Source of the DNA: Betaproteobacteria bacterium
GTDB lineage: Bacteria > Pseudomonadota > Gammaproteobacteria > Burkholderiales > Ga0077523
Length of the DNA: 64,000 bases
Reading direction: 5' to 3'
Assembly (NCBI GenBank): GCA_016713305.1
Contig: JADJPK010000008.1
Coordinates: forward strand, 296,192-360,191
Shown piece by piece: positions 28,901-41,600 of this stretch. Within the stretch, counting starts at the first letter, position 1; each line of letters starts with the position of its first letter. The position numbers and the translations under genes were made by a program. The notes below the pieces were generated by a model that ran no database searches, was not told the origin of the DNA, and saw nothing but the letters and a program-made list of their open reading frames with translations.

Positions 28901-30394
28901 ATCGGCAGGCAGCGTGCGCGTCTCGTCCGTCTCCACGGCGGACGCCACGGCCGAAGGCGAAGGCGGAGGGGCGGGCGCGCTGTCCTTCGACGCACTGGTG
29001 GCCGAAGCCACGGTGTCGCAGGACACCCGTGCCTACGTCCAGGGCGGTGCCCGGATCGACGCGACCGGCCTCTCGGTGGTCACGTACGGCCTCGACGCGA
29101 GCGACCCGACGGAGAGCTCGCGCACGGCGACGTCGGACGTCGTCGTCGGCAACGTCACCGTCGTGGGCGCCAACGGCGCGGACACGAGTTCCACCATCTC
29201 GGGTGACGTCGAGGCCTACATCGACGGTGACGCCGAGATCACGCTTTCCGGTGGCGCGCTCGTCGAGGCCCGCTCTTCCGCCAATGCCGACTCGGTGGGC
29301 GAGGGCGGATCCGGGGGCGGCATTGCCGTCTCCGTGATGTATGTGGCGGCCGAGATCAGCGGCGGCACGAAGGCCTGGGTGGGGGACGGCACGACGCTCG
29401 ATTCGTCGTCGTTGTCGGTGCTCGCGACTTCGGACAACACCGCCACGGCCGACGAGCTGAGCGTGGCGATCGCTTTCGGTGGCGGCGCAGGGGGCGACGC
29501 CGCCGCGACGATCACGCACAACACCGAAGCGTGGATCGGCGCGCAGACGGATATTCCTGTCCAGGCGGAGACGACGATCACGTCGGGGGCGATCGACGTC
29601 TCGGCAACGTCTTCGCACACGATCGACGTCACCCCGGAAGGCGGAGCGGGAGGCGGCGTGGCGATCGGCGCCTTCACTGCCGAGGGTTACCTCGGAGACG
29701 ACCTGGGCAACGGTTCGACCCGCGCCTATGTCGGCCAGGGCGCGCGCATCGAGGCTTCTTCCCTCGACGTCACCGCTTCATCGACCACCGACGTCACGGT
29801 GGACGTGCTGGTCGTGGGCATCGGTGTCCTGTCCGGAGCGGGCGCGGACGTCGAACTGCTGGTGCAGGGCGAAGTGGAGGCCTTCCTGGACCCGGGTGCG
29901 ACCCCCGACCTCAGCGCCGCCATCGACGTGAGCGGAGCGGTCAACGTGACTGCCACGTCGGACGACACGGCGTATGCCAACACCGAGGGCGGGGCCGGCG
30001 GCGCCGTGTCGGTGAGCGTCATGTACGCTGCAGCGACGAACGAGGTGGAGACTCGAGCCTACGTCGGTGACGACGCCGGGCTGTCCGTGGGCAGCCTGTC
30101 GATGACGGCGACGGCAGCGGACCGGGATACCGAGGCGGAGATGGTGGTCGGCTCGGGAGGCGTGCTGGCCGGAGCGGGCGGAACGACCGACGCGCTTTCG
30201 AGCGGGACGATCGAGGCCTATGTCGGGTCGGATGCCGTCATCGAGGCGAGCGGGGCCGTGAGCGTCCTGGCCCAGTCGCAGGACACGACGGCGCAGAGCA
30301 ATTCGGAAGGCGGGTCCGGTGGCGGCATTGCCATCTCCATCTTCGAGTCGACGGCCATCGTCGACACGGCGACGGAGGCCCGCGTCGACGAGGG
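25954..30394 (+). CDS. Giant gene segment B (about 95-100-aa degenerate beta-solenoid-type repeats)
   Basis: Tracked ORF 25965..30584. A periodic pattern recurs throughout: ...AGAGSGN-x-I-x-NTV-x-A-x-I...ADAG..A...VGA.AAVN.I.NT.EA.VD.S.V.A.G... Confidence 0.8.
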
Positions 30395-33300
30395 GTGCGA
30401 ATCTCGGCGGGCAGCTTCTCGCTGCGCACGGACGTGGACGAATCCGCGTTCACCGACCTGTACACCCTGGGCATCGGCCTGGGGGCGGGCGCCACGGGCG
30501 AGTCCACGTCCACCGTGGAGGGCACGTCTTCCGTCGACATCGCCGACAACGTGCACATCGAAACGTCGGGCGACGTGCTCGTGAGCGCGGCCGCGGACCG
30601 TCTTGCCGATGCCGACGCGGACAGCGTCTCCGGCGGCGCCATCGCCTATGGCGGCATCCAGATCACGGCGGAATTGGACAGCACGAATGCCGTCACGGTG
30701 GGTAGCGGCATCACCATTGCCTCTCATGGAAACGTGACGATCGAAGCCGATTCCACCGTGAGCACGAGCGGCACGGCGGACGGGGGCAGCGGATCGTTGA
30801 TCGACATCGCGGCGGCCGACGGCGACTCGACGCTGGAGGACACGAGCAGCGTGTCGATCGGCGACACGACGTCGGTCTCGGCAGTGGGCGATGTGGTGGT
30901 GCGGGCGCTGCACGACGTGGACGTTGACATCGACGCGTCCGTGGATTCGGGTGGTGTGGGGTCCAACGCCGACACGCACACCACGGTGACGGTCACGACC
31001 GCCACCACGGTGGACGTCGGCGCGGCCGCATTCGAAGGCGCGAGGATCACCTTGAAGTCGGTCGTCGAGGATATCGACATCGACATCGTCGCCGAGGCGG
31101 AATCGGGGGCCATTGGCGCGGATACCGACGCGACCGCCACTCTCTCGACCACGAGCGAGGCAGAGGTCACCGTCGGCAGCGGCGCGGCACTCACCGCCGA
31201 GCGCCAGGTGACGATCGGCACCTACCACGACCGGATCGATGCGGACTCCAACTCGATCGCGACGGCCAAGGCGTTGGGCGGCGACAGCGACTCGACGGCG
31301 TCCAACACCCTCGACATTACCGAGTCCATCCTCACGGAGCGCGGATCGATCATCACCACCCGCAGTCTCCTGGTCGAGGCGGACGCCGACACCACGCCCA
31401 TCTACAGTGCCGATGCCACGTTGAACGGCGCTGCCTTCGACACCGGCACGGAGACGGAAACTCCCGACGTCACCTACGACCGCAGCATCGACTTCAATTC
31501 CACGGTCGTCATGCTGGGCGCGGACAGCCCTCTGCTGGAGATCGACGAGAACGGCAACGAGGTCCGCCGCGTCGACGTGGAGTACCAGGTGGTCGGCAAC
31601 AGGATCCAGGTGGCGGACATCCTCAACGACGGCTCGCTGAACGGAACCATCGTGATCCGCGTGACGACTTCCACGCTGGACAGCGACAGCTCCGCGACCA
31701 CCGTGTCGCAGATCAAGGGCAATCCCGTCTGGGATTTCCTCATGGCCTTCGAGTCCGTGACGCTCATCAACGCGTCAGGCATGGACTTGCGCATCGGCGA
31801 CATCGACGTCATCAACCACACGGGACAGTTCGATGCCGCGATCACCATCTCGGCCGAGGACGTCTCGCTGTTCGCCCCGACGCAGCAGACCTCCAACGGG
31901 GCGACGCTCGTCGAGATCCTGAACACCTCTGCCCCCGACGTGCTGCTGTCCGGGACGATCAACAATCCCTACGGAACGACCCGCATCTTCACCGCGGGCG
32001 GCAGCATCCTCGCGGTCGACACGGCGGCACGCATCGACACGGATCTGCTCGAGCTCCTGGCGCCCGCGGGCGCGGTCGGATCGTCCTCGGCGGCGATCAG
32101 GATTTCCGCATCGCGACTCACCGCGCGGGGCAGCAGCGCCGTGTACGTCGAGCAGACCGCGGGCGACATGTACGTGGTCGAGGCCTCCGCGGACCTCGCG
32201 ACCGGAGTCGTCAGCCTGCGCTCGGCCCGGTCGATCCTGGATGCGAACGACACGGCGTTCCCCGATATCCAGGCGCACGACATCGCCCTGGTGGCGGCCA
32301 CCGGCAGCCTCGGAACGTCGGCGAACGCCCTGGAGATCGACGCGGCGGGCAACAGTCTCGATGCCGCTGCAGCGGGCAGCATCACCATCGCCGATGTCGC
32401 GGGAGCGCTCGGTGTGGGTCTGGTGGAATCCACCAGCGGCAACATCGACCTGCGAACCGTCGATACGGACGCCGGAGGCGAAGACATCGTGCTCGGCGTC
32501 TCGTCCATCGTGCGGTCGCTCGCGGGGGCGGTCACGCTGCTCTCCGCTGACGACATCCTGGCCGCCGTGGGCAGCGGCATCGTCGCGCGCAACGTCGTCA
32601 CGCTGCGGGCGGACGACGAGGACGCCTACGATGGCGTGGCAGGCAACGGAATCGACCGCGACTCCGGCCGCGGCGCGGCCGTGGAACTGCGCGGCAGCGT
32701 TGCGGGAAGCGCCGTGGTGATCACCACGGGGACGGACCCGGATGTGGTGAGTCTGACGGGCACCTACTCGGCGACGAGCATCGACACCCGTGCGAACAAC
32801 GACCGCATCCGGATCGGCAGCCTGGCGCAGACCGCGTCGAATACAGGCGGCGTGCTCGACTACGTGGCCGGCGCGATCACCGTCGAGGGTGGCAGCGGGA
32901 TCGACACGCTAGATCTCGACGACACCGGCGACACGCGCGACAACACCGGAACGGTGTCGGCGACCGCCGTGACCGGATTCGGCATGACGGCTTCAGTCGG
33001 TTACGCCGGCATCGATGATCTCCGGCTATCGCTGGGAAGCGGCGCGGACATCGTGACGGTGACGGGAACCGCCTCGGGCTCCGCGACGACGATCCTGCTC
33101 GGTTCGGGCGCGGATACCGTCAACGTGGGCGATGCGACGGCCGGACTGAACGCGATCTTTGGCGTGCTCACCGTCGATGGCCAGGGAGACAGCGACACCC
33201 TGTCGATCTCCGATGCCGGCACCTTGCCAGCGACGGCCAATGCCGGGCGGCTGGAGACCGGCCGGCTCCTGGGCTTCGGCATGGGCTCCGCCAGCCAGAC

Positions 33301-34165
33301 GACGATCGATCCCGACCTCGGTCTGCGGTGGGGAGCGGTGGAACAGATCGGCGTGACGCTCGGTTCGGGCATCGACACGCTGACCGTGCTGGGCATCGAC
33401 ACGTCCACGACCCTGAACGCGGGCGCCGGAGTCGACGTGATTTCGCTGGGCAGTCTCGCTGCCGGCGGCGGGCTTGCTTCCATCGCCGCCGCATTGACCG
33501 TGCACGGCGGTTCGGACGGCGCCACCCTCAACGTGGCCAGTGCCGCGAAGGCCGACGTCACGCTGACACGCACGTCGTCGACGCTCGGACGGATCACCGA
33601 GGCAGGCGCTGCCGGACGGGTCGATTTCGACGGCGTCACTCTTGTCTCGGTGCGCCTGGGGGATGCGGACAACGCGCTCTCGATCGTCGATACGGTCGCG
33701 CCGGTGGACGTCACGGCGGGGTCGGGCAGCGACAGCGTGTCCGTGGACAACCTGTCGCATGCGACCTCGCTGCACCTGGGCGATGGCGCCGACTCGGTCG
33801 TGGTGCGGGCCGCGGCAGCCGCACTGTCCGTCTCCGGCGAAGGCGGAAGCTCGGACCGGGATTCTCTCGAACTGGATCTGACCGGCCTCACGGCAGCCGT
33901 CGACGGAACGGTGTCCGGTTCCGGCACGGCCGGAAGCCTCAACGGGTTCACCACTGCTGCGATCGCCTTCGACACGATCGAGGATCTCCGCGTGCGCCTC
34001 GGAAGCGGCAACGACACCGTGGCGATCGCACACGCGCTGTCGGCGACCGACGTGATGGTCGAAGGCGCATCCGGCGACGACACGATGACCGTGACGTCGA
34101 TCGGTGGGGGTCTCACGACACTCACGGGAGGGGACGCGTTCGACACGGTGAAGGTCGTGATTCCC
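30395..34165 (+). CDS. Giant gene segment C (solenoid repeats, then GSGxDT(L/V) calcium-binding-like repeats)
   Basis: Tracked ORF 30395..35479. It is meaningful up to ...GGDAFDTVKVV(I). Beyond about 34166 this frame turns into Arg-rich noise. Confidence 0.8.
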
Positions 34166-35665
34166 CGGCGTACCGGTCGCGAATGCGTTCACGAATCTGC
34201 GGCTGGACGCGGACCGTCTGGTGGTCGACAACAGCGGCAACGCGGTACAGGCGGTGACCTGGACCGTCGAAGACGGGGTGCAGATCGACGCCGATGTGGG
34301 CGCGGGCCGCGTTCCTGTGATCTTCGCCGAAGGCGCCAAGGAAATCCGCGTGCTGGGCGGCACGCAGTCGGACACGTTGAACGTGGTGAGCACGCTGCCC
34401 GCGGACATCGAGGGCCGGGTGACCGACCACCGGGTCGAATTGTCCGCGGGTGCCGTGGTGCTGGAGTACGCCGACAACGCGCAGTTCCGCGACTACGACA
34501 GGGCGCTGAGCTTCGATGCGCTCGCCACGGGCAGCGCGAGCTACTCCGAGGATGGGTTCACCCTCGCGCCGCTGCCTTCCGGTTCGCTCGCACGCAGCGA
34601 TGCGGTGAGCGCGGCCGCCCGGTTCACGGCGGGCCAGTCCGGCCGTCTGACGGTCGCGGGAGCGCTCTTCTCGCTCTCGTCGATGCGCCTGGGGTCGACC
34701 GCGGCAGCGGGCACGTCGGTGAGGTTCACCGGAACGACCTTCAATGGCGCCACCGTTCAGGTCGACGTTCCGGTCGTCGGTGCCGAGGCCGCGTCGGGCC
34801 TGCCGGTGTTCCGGCGCGCCGATTTCACCAATCCGCTGTTCGGTGCACTGGCGAAGCTGGAGTGGACAGTGACCGGGAGCGGAGACCTGCTGATCGACGA
34901 CGTCGTGGCCACACCCTTCGACGGATCGGCGTCCGCGGTCGTCACACCCGGCGCCGTGCCGGCAACGACGTCCATGGCCGGTCCGATCGCGCTGCTGTTC
35001 GACACGGACAACCTGCGGATCGTCGTCGACGCCAACCGCAATGGCGCCTTCAATGCAGGCGAGACCACCTATGCCTCCGGTTCGTCCTTCTTCGGCGTTC
35101 CGCTGACGATCTCCACCGTGGGCACGGACGGCACGGTCCGCGCCGACGGCACGTCCCAGGCGGCCGATCGCATCACCCAGTTCCGGCTCGCCGGCGACCT
35201 GGTGCTGCCGTCGGGCACGACCGCCACAGCGACGACCGTCAAAGGCATCGGCAGCCGCGGCGTCAGCCTCGTCGTCGGCAACGATCTGGTGATCGGCGCG
35301 AACGTCGATTTCGACTTCTCCGCCGTGGCTACCACCGCCGGCCCGGGGGGCGGCACCGCGGGCGGAGGCGCCACTGTTTCCGGTTCGCAGAGCAGCGCGG
35401 GCGGCGGCGGAGCGGGAGGGGGCGGCGGCAGCACGTCGGGCACGCTCTCGAACGGCGGAAGCGGCGGCGCCGGGACTGACTCGTACACGCTGCGCGATGG
35501 CGTGGCGGGCGAGGACGGGGGTGACGGTACGAGCGGTTCCCCGGGTGTCGCCGGGGGGGCGGGCGGGGCGGGAACAGGCGGCGGACTCGGTGTCAACAAC
35601 GCCTCGGGTGCAGGCAGTGGCGGGTCAGGTGGAGCCGGCGGCGGCAGCGTCACGGGGGTACGAGG
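34166..35665 (+). CDS. Giant gene segment D (beta-sandwich-like region, start of the Gly-rich tract)
   Basis: Tracked ORF 34221..36107. The frame is open upstream to 34166 (FPGVPVANAFTNLRLDADRLVVDNSG...). It is meaningful to about ...GGAGGGSVTG. The end coordinate is approximate. Confidence 0.75.
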
Positions 35666-38600
35666 GGCCTGGGGGGAGACGGTGGCAGCAAGGGCGACGA
35701 TTCCTCGGCCGGCCCTGGCGATTTCAGGAGCGGCGACGACGGCGGCAATGGCGACGACGGGGATCCGGGCAGCAACGGCACGGCCGGCACCTACGGCACT
35801 GCCGGAACGGCCGGATACTCGGGCGCGAACACCGGGTCGGGCACCACGATCTCCGGCGGTTCGGGCGGTGGTGGTGGCGGTTCGGGCGGCGGCGGTTCGG
35901 GCGGTGGCGGTGGGGGCGGCGCAGGAGCCGGCGGCGGGGGAGGCGGAGGAGGCAACGCCGTGTTCTCTGTCTTGGGCTACCCGGTGGGTCTTGAAGGCGG
36001 CGATGGCGGAAACGGCGGAGCCGGAGGCCGCGGCGGTGACGGGGGCGACGGCGGGGTCGGTGGCGCAGGGGGCGCAGGTGGCGCGGGAGGCGGCGCGTTC
36101 GAGGTGATTGCCTTGGGCCGCATCCGTACGACCGCCGCCACCAGTGCCGAGCAGCCATCGTTCGAGGCCAGGGGCGGCAACGGCACGATCGGCGGCGCCG
36201 CGGGAGCGACCGATCCGACGACCGACCGCAACGACAATCGCAATTCCGGCCAGGGCAGCGGCGGCGGAGGCGACAATGGCGAAGACGGCGGGCTCATCGA
36301 CGGCGGGGACGGCGGGGACGGCGGGGACGGCGGTTCGGGTGGCGAAGGCGGCTTCGGTGGTGCTGGTGCGCCCGGCGGTCTGGGGGCTGGTGGCGCAGGG
36401 GGCACGATCAAGATCGTGGGTTCGGTCGTGGAACTGGGCAGCGCGACGGTGAACGTCGACGGCGGACTCGCGGGTGGAAATCCCGATGTCCGCATCGCCG
36501 GAAGCGGCCTCACCACGAAGATCTTCAACTTCGGGTCGACGCTCTCGACGTTCCCCAGCTACGGCGGAACGCCCAATGCCACCCGTACCGACCGCGTCAT
36601 CAGCCAGGGCTGGGGGCCGCTCAACTTCCAGGGCGGCACGGCCAACGCCGACAACTTCGCGGTGCAGTGGACCGGCAACATCGAGGTGCGCCCCGAATCC
36701 GGCGGGACGACCCAGAAGGTCACGTTCTACCTGTCGAGCGACGACGGAGGCCGCCTGTACATCGACGACCAGCTCGTGATCAACGATCCCAGTCCTCTGC
36801 ACGGCTATGCCACGCGGACAGGCGATCGTGAACTCACGGCGGGCACGCACTCCATCCGTGTCGAGTACTTCGGCTCCACCGGCAATGCCGGCATCGCGCT
36901 CGAATACAGCACGGGCACTGACTCGCGCCGTCTGCTGTCCGTCGCGCAGGACGGCGGCGACGGGCGGGAGATCATCGGCGGCAACACCGGTCGCACCTCC
37001 ACGACGGTCGGCGGCCAGCCCGGCACGGTGGTGGGCGCGCAGCTGCCCGTCACTCAGACCGACGGGCCGCGCGCGGACAACCGCTACGTGGCGGACCTCG
37101 CATCGAACACGGCGCTCGACGACACCCCCTACATCGCGGGCATGTCCGGCGGTGCGGAACTGTTCGGCCTGTTGAACGGCGTCGGGCGCGCGCGGGTCGA
37201 TTTCGTCCCCACGACGGCCGGCATCGACGCGCTGGCCGCCACGCAGGGCGACGCCGCCTTCGCGATCGTGCGTCTGGATGTGGGCCCCACGGGCTATGCC
37301 GACAACTACGCCACCTTCGACACGGCGGCGGGCGTGACCCGCGGCTACGACATGCTGCTGTTCGTCAACCTTCTGGACACGGAATCCCTCGGCACCCCCA
37401 CCCTGGGGGTGTCGCTCCCCGGCACTTCGACGTTCACGACCGGCCTGGCGATCGACGGCCTGGGCGCCTTCCAGACGCTGAGCGCGCTCGGCGCGGGGAA
37501 GGTCTGGGCCACGCTGATTCCCGATACCACGGGCATCACCGTCAACGCATCGGCCCAGATGGGCGAGGCGGCCGTCACGTTGTCGAATGCAGCGCTAGCC
37601 AAGAATTCCGTCGTGTACGGAAAGTTCGTCTCGCCGGCCGCGGCCAACGCGTCGCTGGATGGATTCGCCGCACTGGCCACCAGCCCCGATGGCGCGCAGA
37701 TCTACGCGGTCGATGCCACGGACGATGCGCCGGTCGTCATCGACGCGGCCACGCTGGAGCAGCGGCAGCTTCTGAAGGAAGGGTTCGACGGCGTTCGCGG
37801 GCTCGACGGGGCGCGCGACGTTGCGGTGAGCCCGGACGGCGGGAACGTCTACGTCGCCAGCCCGGTGGACAGCCAGATCGCGGTCTTCTCGCGCAGCGCG
37901 TCCACGGGCGCGCTCACGTTCGTGACGACGCTGGATGCCACGCAGAGCGGGGGCGGTGTCACGGCCCTCACGTTCGATCCCACCGGACAGCGTCTCTACG
38001 CGGCGGGGCCGGAGGGGATCACCGTCTTCTCGCGCGGGGTCGGCGTGCCGGCCAGCGCCCAGGAGTCGGAGCCCAACCAGAATGGCGCGGGCGACAGCAA
38101 TGCCGCGAACAGCGCGGACTTCGCACGGGCCAACGACCTGATGGGCAGCTTCGTGGCCAACCCCGGGAGCAACGTCTTCGTTGCCAACGTGGGCGGCACG
38201 ATCTCCACGGCAACGGACCGGGACGTCTACCGGTTCGAGGCGGCATCCGGCGATGCGCTCACGGTCGATCTGCGGGGCGCCGGCGGCGGCGGGGGCAGTC
38301 TTCAGGACGGCGTGCTTCGTCTGTTCGACCGCAACGGCACTCTCCTCGTCCTGGACAACGACAGCGGTCCGGCCAGCGATGCCTCGCTCTCCTACTCGAA
38401 CTTCGCCTACTCGGGCAGCTATTACCTCGTTGCGGACGGGATCGCACCGAGCCCGTTCTTCCAGCCGACCGGCACGTACACCCTCCGCGCCAGCCTGGTG
38501 CGGACAGACGGGGCGCGGTCGAGAACGGCCGAGATCGAGACCGTTCCAGCGGCCTCGGGCGACGTCGAAACCCTGTCGGCCGTCGACCGGGCCCTTGCGA

Positions 38601-41600
38601 CCGACTGGCGCTACAGTTTCGCCCCTGTCGGCGCCGGCAACACGGCGACCGCCTCTGCGACTGGCGTCGTGGTGGCGGCGACCGACCGTGACGTCTTCAT
38701 GATCACGGCGGCGCCCGGCGACTCGCTTACCCTCGCGCTGAGCGGCACGGGGGGCGGCGGCGGGGTTCTGGCCGACGGATATCTGCGGTTGTTCGACGAC
38801 CAGGGCACGTTCCTGGCGGCCGACGACGATTCGGGTCCGGGCAACGATTCCGCCCTCGTCTTCAGCGGCTTCACGCGGGCCGGCGCGGTCTACATCGTGG
38901 CCGACGGGTTCCAGGCGAACAGCGGCACCTACACGCTCACCGCGACGCACACGCGTGCGCCCGCCGAACTGCCCGGACTCACGGTGCCCGGAGGTGCCTC
39001 GGCACTCGCCACGAGCCCTGATGGTTCACTGCTCTACGTGGCCACGGAAGGCACCGACACCCTGCGCGTCGTCAGCGCGTCTTCTCTGGTCACGCTGCAG
39101 ACGTTCACGGGAGCCGGCGTCGGGCTCGACGGCGTCAGCGCCATCGCGACGAGCGCGGACGACCGCTTCGTCTACGTGACCGGCCGGGCAGGCAATTCGG
39201 TGTCGGTGTTCTCGCGCCTGGGATCCACACTCACCTGGTTGCAGACGCTCGTGAACGGCGAGGACGGCGTGCGCGGCACCGTCGGCGCATCCGACGTGAT
39301 GATCACCCCCGACGCCCGCTACGTTCTCGTGACGGGCCGTGAAAGCAACGCGATCGCCGTGTTCGAGCGCGATGCGTCCATCGGACTGATGAGCTTCGTG
39401 CAGGTCGTCCGCAACGGTGTCGGCGGCACGGCCGGTCTCGTCGCCCCGACGGGTCTGGCCACCAGCCCGACCGGCGCGAAGATCTACACGTCCACGCTCG
39501 GAGCCACCGGCTTGCCAGGAGGAATCGCCTCCTTCGACGACGTCGTGCTGGGGCTGCCGGTGCCGGAACCGGTGATCAACGTGACGACGTTCGACGGGAT
39601 CGAGACCCTCGGCGTGCAGACGGCCGACGGCGACGACACGATCGTGCTCGAGCAGGCGCCTGGCGCCGGGACGATGAACATCCTGACGACCGGCGGGAAC
39701 GATCTCGTGGTCGTGCAGGATCTCGCGCCGGTCACCGGCGTGCTGCTGGGCGCGGGAACCGACGAGGCGCAACTGCGCTCCACACGCGCAAGTACGCAAC
39801 TTGTCGTCCAGGGTGAAGCAGGTTCGGATCTCATCGAACTGGATCGCAGCGGCGCGGGTGCCCGCATCGAGGTCTTCGGGGGAGCGGATCGGGACACGGT
39901 CCGGGTCGCTGGGGCCGGCCTGCCGCTGGATGCCACCACGATCCTTCACGGTACCGACACGGATCCGCTGCCTTACGATCAGCTCGTCTTCGATCCGGGC
40001 AGTGCCGATCCGGCGGCGAACAACTTCGATCCGCTGAATCCGAGTCCGGTGGCGGGCACGATCCGGTCCGGCATCCGGTCAGGCACCACGTTCACCCCGA
40101 CCGGCGGGCTGGTGCAGTACGACACCTTCGAAGGCGTCCAGATCATCACCGCGCCCGTGATCACGATCACTCCGCCGGCGGCGTTCGCGGAAGGCGGTTC
40201 CCTGCGGCTGCAGGCTTCCGTCAATCCGCTCGGGACGACCAATTCGCTGGCCGAACCGTTGTCGTGGGATGTGAACGGCGACGGCGCCTTCGGCGATGCA
40301 TACGGCACCGACGTGACGCTTTCGTGGTCCCAGCTCGCGGACCTCGGCATCGACGACAACGGCGTCTATCAGATCGCCGCACGCGCCACCAATGGTGATG
40401 GCTACTCCGCGGAAGCCTTCGGCAGCTTCACGATGACCAACACGCTGCCGGTCGTGACAGTGGGTGGTGCGAGCATCGTGCCGGCCGGCACGCCGCTCTC
40501 CATTTCGTACAGTGCGACCGATCCGGGCGACGACCGCATCCAGGAGTGGCGCGTCAACTGGGGGGACGGGACGCCGGTGCAGAGCTACGGTGCGGATGTC
40601 GTGACCGCGCAACACGTGTATGTCACGCCGGGCACCTACAACATCGTGGTCGGGGGCGTCGACGAAGACACGGTTCCGAACGCGGTGAACTCCGCACCCA
40701 AGCCGGTGACCGTCACGGGCGAACCGGCCCTGATCTCCACGGGCTTGCCCTACGTCATTCGTGAAGGCGAGACGCTCGTGCTCACTGCCAGCGCGCCGGG
40801 GGCCGTCAATGCGTTCGGATGGGACTTGAACGGCGATGGCGCGGCCGACTTGCAGGCAGGCGGCGGGTCCGGCAGCGCCACTGTCGCCGTGCCATGGTCG
40901 ACGCTGTCCGGCTACAACATCCGCGACAACGGGGTCTTCCCGGTCACCACCCTGGTGCTCTACAGCAGCGGCGCCGTCGTCGTTGCGCCTGCCACGACGT
41001 TGACGGTGCTCAACTCCGCGCCGACAGCCACCTTCGCTGCAGGTGGCCCCATCTCGGAAGGCGGAACAGCCAGTGTCCAGTTCTCGGGCGCCGCCGATCC
41101 CTCGTCGGCAGACGTGGCAGCGGGCTTCCGCTACAGCGTCGACTTCAACAATGACGGCGACTACGATGACGCCACCGATGTGCGCGATCAGACGGAGGCA
41201 TCGTTCGTCATTCACGCTGCGCTTCGCGCCGACAACGTCACGTATATCTTCCGTGGGCGGATCGCGGACAAGGACGGCGGAGCGACCGAATACCTGACGT
41301 CGTTCGTCGTGAACGAAGTGGGGCCCGTGCTGAACATCTCGGGTGCGGATTCCGTGAACGAGGGCGCGCAGTACCAGCTCGATCTTTCTGCCAGCGATCC
41401 GGGCACCGACACGATCGTCCGGTGGATCGTCGACTGGACCGACGGGGTGGTCGAGACGTTCGACGGTCCGGTACAGTCGGTGTCGCACGCGTTCGCGGAC
41501 GACGGTCTGCGCAACATTCTCGTGACCGCCGTGGACGAGGACGGTGAGTATCACGGCGCGAAGTCGGTGCTCGTCCACAACGTGGCACCGCAGCTTCAGG

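Noticed and set aside
35977-36528. Pro-rich 183-aa minus-strand ORF (PPAPPAPPTPPSPPSPP...)
   Set aside because: It is the exact antisense image of the Gly-rich (GGN)n tract of the giant gene.
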